Shown in pieces: positions 39,381 through 51,300 of a stretch of 64,000 bases of DNA. The notes under the pieces were generated by a model, which saw nothing but the letters and a program-made list of their open reading frames with translations, did no database searches and had not been told where the DNA came from. The stretch comes from Candidatus Undivivens industriae (GTDB lineage Bacteria > Omnitrophota > Gorgyraeia > Gygaellales > Profunditerraquicolaceae). Location of the stretch: NCBI GenBank assembly GCA_012514745.1, contig JAAYZR010000025.1:18930-82929 (forward strand), written 5' to 3'. A program made the translations under genes and the position numbers. Numbering within the stretch: position 1 is the first letter of the stretch; the number at the start of each line of letters is the position of its first letter.

Positions 39381-42300
39381 CTATTTAAACTCGAACCACG
39401 TCTGAGTGACGGGTTTATTGGCGATGTTGTCTATCATCTTCTGGTTGATGTCCATTACCGCCTTCAATTCCTGGGTTTTGTTCTTCAAATAGGTCATATC
39501 GCTCTTTTTCTCTTCGTTGACCTCCAGAAGCTTTTCCAGGCTGACGTTCTGTTCCGTGCTGACTTTCTTCAATTCCCTGCCGATATTTACCAGCTGCATG
39601 TAAACCGAATTGATATCGGTAGCGCTTCCCGCCACCTCCTTGACCTGATCTACAAGGTCTTTGCTGATCTTGCCCAGGGCCGACTCTATCACGGCGAACT
39701 GGCTGCTGAGAGTATCGGCGACTTTTGAAAAGTTATTCAGGCCGGATGTGGTGCCGAGCACGGCGGAGACCTGCCCGGCTATCTGCTCGATGTCCGAACG
39801 GATCACCGAAATGATCATCGCGTCCAGAGAGCCGTATGTGGATTCCGAACAAACGACTGTAAAATCACCCCTGCCCCAGCCGGAAGAGACGGTAATGGTG
39901 TATTCGTAGATACCTCCGGAGACCTCGGTCATCACGCCTTTAGACACGCGCTGGACGTTATTCGGGTCGTAGAAGTCCACCGTCGGCTGGACCCCCGGGT
40001 ACGTCCGGTAACGCACCACCAGGTCCGTGCCGCTCCTGACCGAATTCTCCCGGTTCAATATCTCCGATCTTATGTCCGTTTCCTGCTGCCGGCGCTCCTC
40101 CTCTATCTTCTCGGGGATGTCGGTCTCGGTGGCGGTGAGTATCCTGGCGGTATCCTCCCTTATCTCCTCCTTGGCCTGAGTGATCTTCTGCGGTATGTCC
40201 TGCGTGACCTGTGACTGAATGGTCGCGGTCTGCGTCTGCAGGTTTTGCAGTATGGCCGTCTGGCCCTTGGCGGTCAATTCCGTCGTTACGTCTATCGAAG
40301 CCCCGGAATTGTAAGTGCTGCCGCGGAAGACGACCGTGGATTTGACGAAATAAGTCTTGCCGGAAGTAAGGCCGGTATCGGCCCAGGTGAACCAGAAGGC
40401 GCCGTTGCCGTCCGGCGTGCCGGAGGTCAATGTCTTTATCAACGTTTCCCCGTCGTAAACGCTTAAGGTCGCGGAAGTGAGATCCGCCCTGTCGATGTCG
40501 TTCAAGCCCACGATCTTTCCCCTTCTTTCCAGCCAGGAAGAGGCGCTGATGGTATCGGTGGCGGAGTTGTAGGCCGTGGAAAGCAGGACGTGCCACTCGA
40601 TCTGCGCGCTTATGGAATTTTCCAGCAGGAGCGTGATGCTTTTATTGCCGTCGGCTATCCAGTCCGTGCTTCTTTCTATATAACCCTCTTTCGACCAGAA
40701 GGTGGTGTAATGCCCGTAGGGATACTCCTGCGTGACCGGACAGATAATGGTAGCGCTGGGGTCGGACCACCAGGTATCCCTGACGCTGAGGTTCTGCAAA
40801 TTATCCATATTATCGTAATCCTTGACCATCCAGGTGATCCGGTAATAGATGATGTTGAAAGAAGGCGATACGGAATAGACGGTGTCGTCCGTCGGGTCGG
40901 AAACCTTGAGCAACGCCTTTTGCCCGTGGTAATCCGGAGGCGCCCAGGTATAGACGCCGGTATTTGGAGTGCTGGTAACTATGGTCGTCCAGGTGTTCCC
41001 GGCATCCACGCTGTAATCAAGCTTGACGTTGGGGATCTGCCCTCTGGTCTGCCAGGTGACGGAGCGCGGTTCGTTAACCGCCCAATCGATGTTCGCCGCA
41101 GGATAGGTTATATTGAATCCGCCGCGTATCCTGAAATTGTTGTTTGAGGCGTCCGAGATAACGGTGCGCGTGGGATCATATATCTTTATCTTCAGGGTAT
41201 TGACGCAGATGGTGTCGTCCGGGATCACCCAGTTGTAACTGCCGGTATTAGGCGCCCCGGTCTTTATGGTGTGCGTGGTGGCGAAATTATCGGAAGAATA
41301 AACTATGGTCAGCGGATTGATCGACAACCCTTTGCTGGTCCAGGTGATGTTCACGCTGTCTCCTACGACATACTCCTCTCCGCCGTTGGGAGAAGTAACG
41401 GCGATCTGCGGATATTGCAGGACGTTGAATGCCTCCGAGGTGGCAATCGTCGCCGGCCGGTTGCCGTCCACGATGCGGATCTTCATATTGTTGGTCGGTT
41501 CGTCCGGCACGCTCCAGTTATAGCTGCCGTCGTTCGCCTCGCCCACACCTATCGTTTCTAAAGTGATGAAGTTATCGGTGGAATACTGCAGCAGCAGATT
41601 ATCGCTGACCGCACCCTCGGAGACCCAGGTGATGACCGCCGGGTCTCCTACAGCCCAGGAAGTGGCGGAGACCGGAGCGGTAATGGTTATCTTGGGATAA
41701 TCGATGATGAATGCGGCGTCCGAATGATCGACTGTGGTGGCGCGCTGGTTGTCGGTTATCCTCACCACGGCGTTGACGGAATAATCCTCGGGAATGGTCC
41801 ATTCGTAAGAGCCGCTGTTGGGGACCCCGCCGGATATCGGTTTCCAGTTCGAGCCGCCGTCCACGGAGTATTGAAGCACAAGGTTGTTGCTCAAGGGGCC
41901 GCCGTTATCGTGCCAGGTGATATTGTGTTTGGTTCCTATCCTCCACCTTTCGCCTCCGTTGGGGGAATCGATGGTAACCACCGGGAACGGCAGGATCGAA
42001 AAACCGGCGTTGGACTTATCCGTTATCTGGGGGACGGAATTGTCGGTGATCCTGACCCTCAAAACGGTAGAAAGGACTTCCGGGACGCGCCAGATATAGA
42101 CCCCGGTGTTGGCTACGTTATCCGCGATCTCGTTTATGTCCAGCACGAAGTTGTCGCGGGAATACTCGATCTTCAGGCTGTTGCTGACCGTCCCCTCCGT
42201 GGACCAGGTGATGTTCTCGTTGTCGGTGACCACGAGGATTTCCCCGCCGTTCGGCCGCGTAACCGTGATGATGGGATACGCTATGGAAAAGACGGTGTCG

Positions 42301-45300
42301 GTCGTATCCTCGATATACGGAGGTTCATTATCCTTGATCTTGATCTTGCAGGTCGAAGAGATATTTTCCGGAACGTTCCAGGCGTAGGAATGGTTGTTGG
42401 TAGGCCCGCTATAGACCGGCAGCCAGGTTGTTCCGCCGTTGACGCTGTAGGTAATGGTCACGTCGTCGGAGACCTGCCCGATGATATTCCAGAGTATCTC
42501 ATGGTTTGTCCCGTAAGGCCAGGCCTCCCCGCCGTTGGGCGTGGTGATGGTGATACTGGGAGCGGATATCTTGAAGACCGCGTCGGATGTATCCTGCGTC
42601 GCGGTGCGGGAATAATCGTATATGCGCACCTTACAATTATCCGAAATATCGTTCGGTATATGCCAGATATAGGTACCATCGTTGGGAATACCGCCGGCAA
42701 TGCTTTTCCAGGTGCTGCCGTTGTTGACCGAATATTGCAGAACGAGATTGTTGCTGATTGAATTATGGTCCCCGACGGAAGTCCAGGTCACGGGGTAATC
42801 GATGCCGACCACCCATAATTCACCTCCGTTGGGGGAGGTCAAAGTCAGCGAGGGCGCGATGATGGAGTTGTTATTTTTGGATTCTCCTTTGACTCCGGGC
42901 TGAGAGTCATCGGAGACTCTGATCTTCAACTCGCTGGTAGGCGAATCGGCGGTCTTCCAGGAATAACTGCCGCTGTTGGCCAGGCCGCCGCTGATCATCT
43001 GCCAGGTGCTCCCGCCGTTGACGCTGTATTCAAGTTTGATGGCGTTCAACCCGATGCTCCCCACCGACTCCCAGGTAATACTGTAGGTCCCGGCGGCGTA
43101 AAGAGACTCCCCGCCGTTGGGCCAGGTAAGCGTAAGCTGCGGTTTCTGAATGGTGAAGTCGGCGTCGGAAGAGTCTTCCACCCAGGGGAAATTCTCGCTA
43201 TCGTCGCATTTGATCTTGATCCTGGCGGTGCTGATCTCCACCTCCGGAGGTATCCAGAAATAAGAACCGTTATTGGGCCTCTGGTCGGAAATGACCTCAT
43301 AATGCTCGCCGGAATCGGGAGAGAAATAAACGGTGAGGAACTGGTCGTCCAGGGCATCCCCGATGGTGAACCATTTAACCTCATAGGGGGCGCCGATGGT
43401 GGTCTTTTCCCCGCCGTTCGGCTGCACCAGCACGATTATAGGCTTATCCAGCACCTCGAAATAGGCGTCGCTTTCATCAAAGACTTCCGGCCTGCTGGTA
43501 TCGGTTATCCTGATCTTGACGTTGCCGCCTACAGCGCCCTGAGGTATCACCCAGGAGTAACTGCCGTCGTCCGCCTCGTCCTCGGAAACCGCCGCCCAGT
43601 TCTCTTCCTCATCCACGGAATATTCTATACGCAGGGCGTTCTCTCCTATGGCCCCGTCCGAAGACCAGGCGATCTCGCGAGTATCTCCTCTCACCCACTT
43701 CTCGGAACCGTTGGGAGAGGAGAGCTTGATCGTCGGCAGTGTAATGGTGAAATCGCCTTCGGACGCGGTCTCCATTTGGGCCTGGGTGTCCCTTCCCGGC
43801 GGGACGGCGGTCTCCGCGATGCGGATCCTCACCCGCGAAGAGAGGACGTTCGGGACCGTGCAGGCGTAGGTCCCGGTGTTGCTCACCGATGACTGCAACA
43901 GCGTCCAGTTCGAGCCGCTGTCAACGGAATAATACACGTTAACCAGCGGATTGACGTTACCCCTGTTGTCCCAGGTGATATCCTTCGCGCTGCCGGCTTT
44001 CCACACCTCTCCTCCCACCGGAGAAGTGATGGTCATGGACGGTTTCGGCACGATGGAAAAGACGGTGTTGGAACGATCGGTAATATTGGTATTGTTCATA
44101 TCCGTGATGCGCATTAAACAAACGGAAGAAATATAGCTTTCCCTGTTCGGTATATTCCAGGTGTATAACCCGTTATTGATACGCTGGTCGGCGACCGGCG
44201 GATAGAGCCAGGTAGTCCCTCCGTCGAGCGAACATTCTATCTTCAGGTTGTTGGATACGGTGCCGTAGGAAGACCAGGTGATATTGTGCGTGGAACCGAT
44301 CTCCCACTGATTGCCGCCGTTGGGAGAATTCAATATCAACCCCATTATACCGAACGCGGCGTCCGAAGTATCCCGGATGGCGGAATACTTCTTGCTGGTT
44401 ACCCTGATCAGGGCGTTGGGAGAAGGATTGTTCGCCACCTGCCACTCATAAGCGCCGTTATTGGCCAGATTATCCACTATCAGCATCCAGGTGGAGCCCC
44501 CGTCGGTGGAATACTCGATCTTTACCTGATTATCCGCCCCGTCGATACCCTGCGACGTCCAGGTTATCAAAACGGTGGTGCCGATAGGCAGGGACTCTCC
44601 TCCGTTGGGGGAGGTTATCGTCAACACGGCGTCGAGATAAGAAAATCCCACGTTCTGCAGGACCGGGGTCTCCTGCCCGTAGGAATTCAGTACGGCCTTA
44701 TACTGCACCCAGCGGTCGTTAACGATATCGGAATTCAGAAAATTGACTAAGCTTCCGGAGGGCGTGATGTAATAAGTCGGCTCGGAAGTGGTAAAAACGC
44801 TGACCGTGTCCAGCAGAGGCGTGCCGACGCCGTCGGCGGAATTCAGGAAAGCGCGGAAAAAGAATTCCCCGCTGGGGAATTTTGTCTGGAAAGCGGCGAG
44901 ATTATTATTGATCTCCGGGGCCTCGTTGGTCTGGCTGAACCCGCCGCTCACCTCCTTCCAGGCGGTCCCGTCCCACCAGTGCCAGTTGTAACCGTCGCAG
45001 GAAACCTGGTACTTGATATCGGTGTCCAGCGGTATGGTGTTCACTTCCTGGAAAGCCGTGAGGTTATTGTCATAGAACACCCCCAGCACCGGCTGGATGA
45101 CCGGATTGGTGGTGTAATAAACCTCCATACCGGTGGGATTGGCGGTCTCGGTAAAGACGAAACCCACGTAAGGCTTGACCACGGCCTTCTTATAGACCAT
45201 TATCTTGTCCACGTAGATGGCATCGCTGGAAGAGCGTATGGTCGGCTTTATCGCCAGGCCCGGGCCCGCTACGTATCCGGCGTTATAGGTGAGCTTGTCG

Positions 45301-48300
45301 CCGGTGCTCAACTCGAAGATTACCTGGCCGGTCTGTCCGTTCAGCGTGTCGTGCGGTTTCCAGGACATCTTGTCTTTGTTCCACATGGCGAAGGTATACG
45401 GCGTGCGTATAGAATTCCAGGTCGTGTAGCCGTTGCCGGACTCGGCGTAATAGTAACCGTTGGAACTGATCAACACGTCGTAACCGGCCTTGTAATTGGA
45501 ATTGTTTATGCCGGTGGAGACCTTGGCGTTGGGGTCGCAGATGCCGATGAAATGCCTGCCGGTCTTGTTGGCCGTCTGCCAGGTCACCTCGGTGGTGATA
45601 TCGTAATTCGGGCTGACGTTGGATTTCGCCTGCAGATAACCGTTATGCGCGACCTTGGCCACGCTGCGGCCGCCCTGCGTGGTATCGGTAAGGGTGAATC
45701 TCCAGAAAAGGCTGTTCAGAGAAACCTCGGCGGCATTATCGAAGGTGCCGCTGATGGAGGCGCTCGTGCCGCCGGTAACGGAAGAAGGCAGAACCGGCCC
45801 CGAGCTCAATTGGAATTTACAGGCGATATTGAACAGTGCCGCCGGCGCCGCGGAACTGGAAAAGAGCTGGTTATTGTTCTGGTCGAGGACTGCCCATGAC
45901 CAGGAATAAAGATGCCCTGCGGTCAGGCCGGAAGGCATAGTTATGGAAATATTGCTGATTGTGCTGGTCCCGACCGGTACATTGAAGGTGGTACTGTCTA
46001 TCTCCTGGAAAGATGCCCCTGTGTCCACATCGGTCAGCGTGAAACGGAATCTTAATCCGTTCATGGCTATGGAATAGTTGTTTGTAAAGGTGCCGCCGAT
46101 GGTAGTTATGACCTGCCCCGGCGCCACGTTCTTCTCCATAAAAGGACCGGCCGTCATTCTCAAAAGGTCGTGGTAAAGGGTGAACGGCTGCGCTATACTC
46201 TGCGCCTCCACCAGGGCGCCGTTGGGCCAGCGCAGTTCCCAGTACCAGTCATACGTCCTGCCCGCGACTATGCCGGAAGGGATAGCGACCGTGGTCGAGA
46301 CCGTGCTCGCGCCGGCGGAAAGGTTAAAAGGGCTGCTGTCCATACCGAAGATAGAGGAAATAGTGGTCAGGTTGCAATACTGCGAATCCCATTTGTCCAA
46401 TCCGGCGTCGAAATCATCGAAAAACTCGAAAACGCCGTCCCCGTCGCTAAGGCTGGCCGCGTCTGCCTTGCCGTAATACATATAGATGATCTTCTGCTCC
46501 GTGTACGGCAATACCGGTATCTTCACCCAGAAACGCGCCTCTTTCCCGGTATAAGAGAAAGATTCCGCGTAATAATTCAGCAGGGCGCTTCCGTCTCCGT
46601 CCACGAAACGCACATCCCCGCCGTCGGCCAGGCAGTGCAGCCAGAAATCCCTGTGGTTCTTGTCCACGTCCACCGCCACCTGGAAATCGGTGAGCTCTTG
46701 CGTGTTCAAGGTATTGTCTATCTTGATGGTCTCTTTGTAAAGCCAGCCGGCAAGAGCGGGGCCGTCCGCGGGTTCCTCTTTCGCCACCAGGTAGGTGGAG
46801 ATAAGGTGATTGAACTCCGTGGGTTTCAACACCGGGGTGATCGCCTCTCCGTAAGAACTGTAGGCGTAAACGGCGAACTTTTTCGTGCCGGTCAAATGAA
46901 GGTTGCGCCAGGTGCTCCCGGGATCGAGAGTAGCCATACCTCCCCTGGCCGAAAGGGTCAAAGTGGTGGGGGACGGGCTGATGTCCCCGGTGACGGTGAT
47001 ATTGTTGGCGCCTTCTTCATAATCTATGAGCTTCAGATAACGCGCGCCTCCGGTATTTATATAATAATCCTTGCCCACGCTCACCAGTGTATCGGCGCTC
47101 TGATAGATCTGCCCCTTGCCTCCGTTCATATCGTCTGCCACCGCGCACAGCGGCTTGTCGGCGCTCAAACGCGCGCGCAGGGTCATGGCGCTCCCGGAGT
47201 TCGGGATATGCCTGTAACTCTGCCCTTTGTTCAACGTGCCGCTGTAATCCCCGGTGACCCCGTCCAGATTGTCGAAAACGATGTTGGTGTTATCCTCATA
47301 GGCGGTAAAGGTAACGTTGGCGTCCGGGCAATAGAAATAATACTCCCGCATATCGGGAGAACGCATCTGCTCCGAGGAATCGCCGTGGCCGATCAGCCCG
47401 GCCTGGACCGTGACCGGCTTGGTCGCCTCTATATGCCAAACCTCGCCCCTGGAATCCACCCTGTTCCAGCCGAACCAGAAATTTCCGGCGTCAAGCGTCA
47501 GGGTGCCGGTATCGTCGCCCTTGCCGTAGTCGGTGATCTTGATCTGGGTATCGTCGTTGTAGGCGGTGATGATCACGTCCCCGTCGTAGTTGTAAGCCGG
47601 ACACCAAAGCCAGAGGTCGTTGCCGCTGGCGGTGTAGTAATCGTCGTCCGAGGTGCTGCTCGGTTCTATGGATGAGGCGAATAAGGTAATCGGTTTCTGG
47701 GAATAGACGTGGTAGCAGGTCAGCGCCGTGTCCGTGTATCTCTGCGTTTCTCCCACGGAGGTGAAGTCCAGGAAGGTGGATGCCACCACCTGGCCTTCGG
47801 CGTTCAGTTTCTCTATATAGACGCGGTTGGGGGCATCGGTGGAGATGATGTCGAGGAAAGTGAAGGTCAGGGCGTAGAAATCAGTGCCTATCATAGATTC
47901 CGCCAGACTGGCGTCCGATTCCGAAGTCGCGCTCCATTTACCGTATAACAGGTATATCTCTTTTGCCGTCCCCTGCGGGATACTCGGCACGGTGACCCAG
48001 CAGGAGGCGCTTTTTTTGTCCTTGCTGAAACCCATTACGCGGTATTTCAAAGGCGTTTTGCCGTCGGAATCGGTGAAACGGATGTCGGAGCCGTCGTCTG
48101 CCACATGGTCCCAGAAGTCTATGTCCGCCGAGGGGATCTCCACCTTGACGGTGGTATTTGCGTAGGAGGAGCTCCCCGATGTGTTATCTACCACGATCTT
48201 CTGCCGGTAGAGATAATCTGCCAGCACCTTGGAGAGTTTAGCCGTGCCTGCGGAAAGCACCACCTCGGAGGTGTTGGCGTATTCATAGGCATTCTCGAAG

Positions 48301-51300
48301 TCATAAGTAATTTCCTGCACTCCCTCCGGGCCCAGCCAGGAAGACCAGGCCCCGGGAGAACCGTTGGAATCAGGCGCGGTGCGCATCTGAAAACGGATGT
48401 CGGTACCGGAAGGCAGCGTGGAGGTCCAGAAAAGGCTTTTCAGCCTGTCGGTGGTAAAAGTGGTGTCGTAAGCAGTGGAGACAAGCGTTTCCTGCGCTGG
48501 ATACTTGTTATAATTTATGGTAATACTATCCATCTGCGGCGGGCTGGCAAGGTCGTAGCAGAAGAACCTAAGCCTGTATTGCAGGTATTTGTCCTTGTCG
48601 TTCACCGAGCTGTATGAGGACAGGTCCCTACCCTTGGTTATCTTGCCGGCGTATCCCCAGGCAATGGCGTCGGATAAGGAACTGTTGTTTCCGGTGCGCA
48701 CGCGCACCTCGATCTGCCCCTGGGAGTTATCCTGCCAGGTAACGGCACCGTATCCGGCGTTGTTGCCGATCTCCTTTATCTCCGAGGTGTATTCCCCGGA
48801 AGAAAACAGCAGATACTTCATCAGCGAATAGTTGCCGTATCCGCTGGAGACATAGATGTAATCACCGCTGCCGGGATACATGGCGTTGGCCTGTCCGTCC
48901 ATGGAAAAAGGCATATCCTCGTTCTTCTCCCAGGTATTACTGCTGATGGAATACCTGTAAAAATACGGGGTGCCATAGGCAATATCGTAATTATAGGAAA
49001 CAAAAAGATAGATATAGTCGCCGAACCCGGGGCTGAACAGGCTCGCTCCGACGTTGAGCATCGGCAGAACGGTCAATGTTGACCAGGTGTTGGCCACCGT
49101 ATCGTATTTCCAGAAAGCGGTGGAGCCGTTGCCCGGAGTAACGTAGATGTAATCCCCGCTTCCCGGATATACCAGGTTTGCTCCCAGAGCACAGGCGGAA
49201 GGAGCTGAAGCCACTTCCTTCCAGTCGTTGTTGGCGATCGAATACCTCCATAAGGTAGTGGTGGAACCGCCGCGCAGGACGTAAATATAACCGTCTTTAT
49301 ACTCGATCGCCTGGCCGGTGGAGAAAGTGGCGGGCGGGGCGGCGAGGTTGGTCCAGAGGTCGGTGCTCACCGTGTATTTCCAGAAATCGGAATAACCGCG
49401 CCCCCTGGTAACGTAGATGTCGTCTCCTGTGCCCGGGTAAACGCTCTTGGAATCGTAATAAACGCCCGAAGGCGTGGATTGCAGGGTGTACCACACCGAG
49501 GAAGAAAGATTGTATTTATAACAGGAGGTGGAGTTGCCGCCGCGCAGATAGAATACGTCGTCCCCGGAAGGCATCGGGCATATCGAGGCCCCGTAACTGG
49601 CGCTGGCAGGATAGACTATGGTTTCGTCCCACCTGTTCTGGCTGATGGAATAACGGTTGAAATTAGTGCCCAAATCTCCGTGCCCGGTGCCGAGATAGAA
49701 ATAAATGATATCACCGCTGCCCGGGTAATAACCGCCCGGCATACCGGAGACGGAAAGCGGGGCCTCGGTAAGAATAGTCCAGGAGTTCTGGCTTAAGGAA
49801 TACCTGGCGAAATCCCTGCCCCCGCCCTTCAGGCAGTAGAGATAATCCCCCGCGCCCGGATACATCAGATAACAATAATCGGCGATAGACCAGGGGGCGT
49901 CGGAGAGATATCCCCAGGTATCGCTGTCAATACTGTATTTAGTGAATTTGACCGCCCCGGCCTGTTTAAGCATATAAATACCTTTATACGGGCCGTCGGG
50001 GATGAGACAGGTGCCGTTGCCCTCACTGGAGATCCCCTCCAGCATCGAGGTAAGCGCGACCCAGGAACCGCCGGACTCGTCGTCAGTGAACTTGAGAAAA
50101 GTGGTGGAGTTATAGTACCCGGGGCAGACGTAGATACTGCTTTCGTCGCTGACCATACGCGCGCCATAGGTGAACATATAGGGGCTGGAATTTATCTGCA
50201 TCCAGATCCCGGTCTCGGTGTTGTATTTCCAGAAATTCTTGTTCATATTCCCTTCCGAGACATAGATGTAATCCCCGCTGCCCGGATAAACCGCCCTGTG
50301 CCCTGCCCCGTGCACGATAAAGGGGAGTTTTATAAGATTCACCCATTTTTTTCGGCTGATAGAGTATTTCCAGACGTAGTTCGACCATCTGTTCGAGAAG
50401 AGATACATATAATCGCCTTTTACCACCAGACTACCGGAGACGTTCCTGCCCGGCCCGAAGTTATAATTCACCAGCGGATTGTTCCACTCTCCTGTGGCAA
50501 AAGTATAAGTCTGCACTCCTCCATATCCGTAGTAACCTACGTTATACAACTTTGTGTCGCTGGCGCACAGCTTGCCTTTTTGAAACACCGGAGGGAAAAA
50601 AAGCGTCTGCCAGGAATTGGTGGATATATTGTATTTAAAGAAAGCTCTGCGAAATTCCAGGTTGCATGCCCCTCCCTCGCTGTAATAAATGGCGTTCTCG
50701 GAAGATGAATAAACGAGTCTCCCCTGGCATTGCGACCTCCAGCAGTCGGGAAGGTTGGCCCTGCGCTCCCAGGTACCGGTAGAGAGCCTGTAACTCATGA
50801 ACTCCGTGCGGGCACTGGCGCGGAACATATATATGTAATCCGAACCGTCGTAAGCGGCGCAGACCCCGGTCTGAAAGGTCCCGTAGGGATTGGTGCTCAC
50901 CGTGGCCCAGGCGCGGCCGGTTTTATCGTACCTGTATAGATTCGCGGTATAGGTGACCGTGCCGCCGGTATTATTCCTGCCTCCCAGACAATACACGTAA
51001 TCATCCGTAACCACCAGCCTATTCCCCCCATAAGCCAAGTTCTGCGGCAAGGCCGGCAGCTGTTCCCAGCTCTGGGATGTGAGACTATAGCGGGAAAATC
51101 CATCCTGCTCATACCCCTGGAGGCAATATATATAATCATCTCCCTGTTTATACCCCAGACATCCTCCTCTGTGGATTCCTAAAGTATTGCCGGCGAAAGT
51201 AACATCCGAAAGCTTCTCCCATTGAAAGGAGACTGCGGTATTGCTGGAATTGACGGGATTGAAAGTAAGGAAATACCGATAGAAGTTTCTGGTGCCTTCG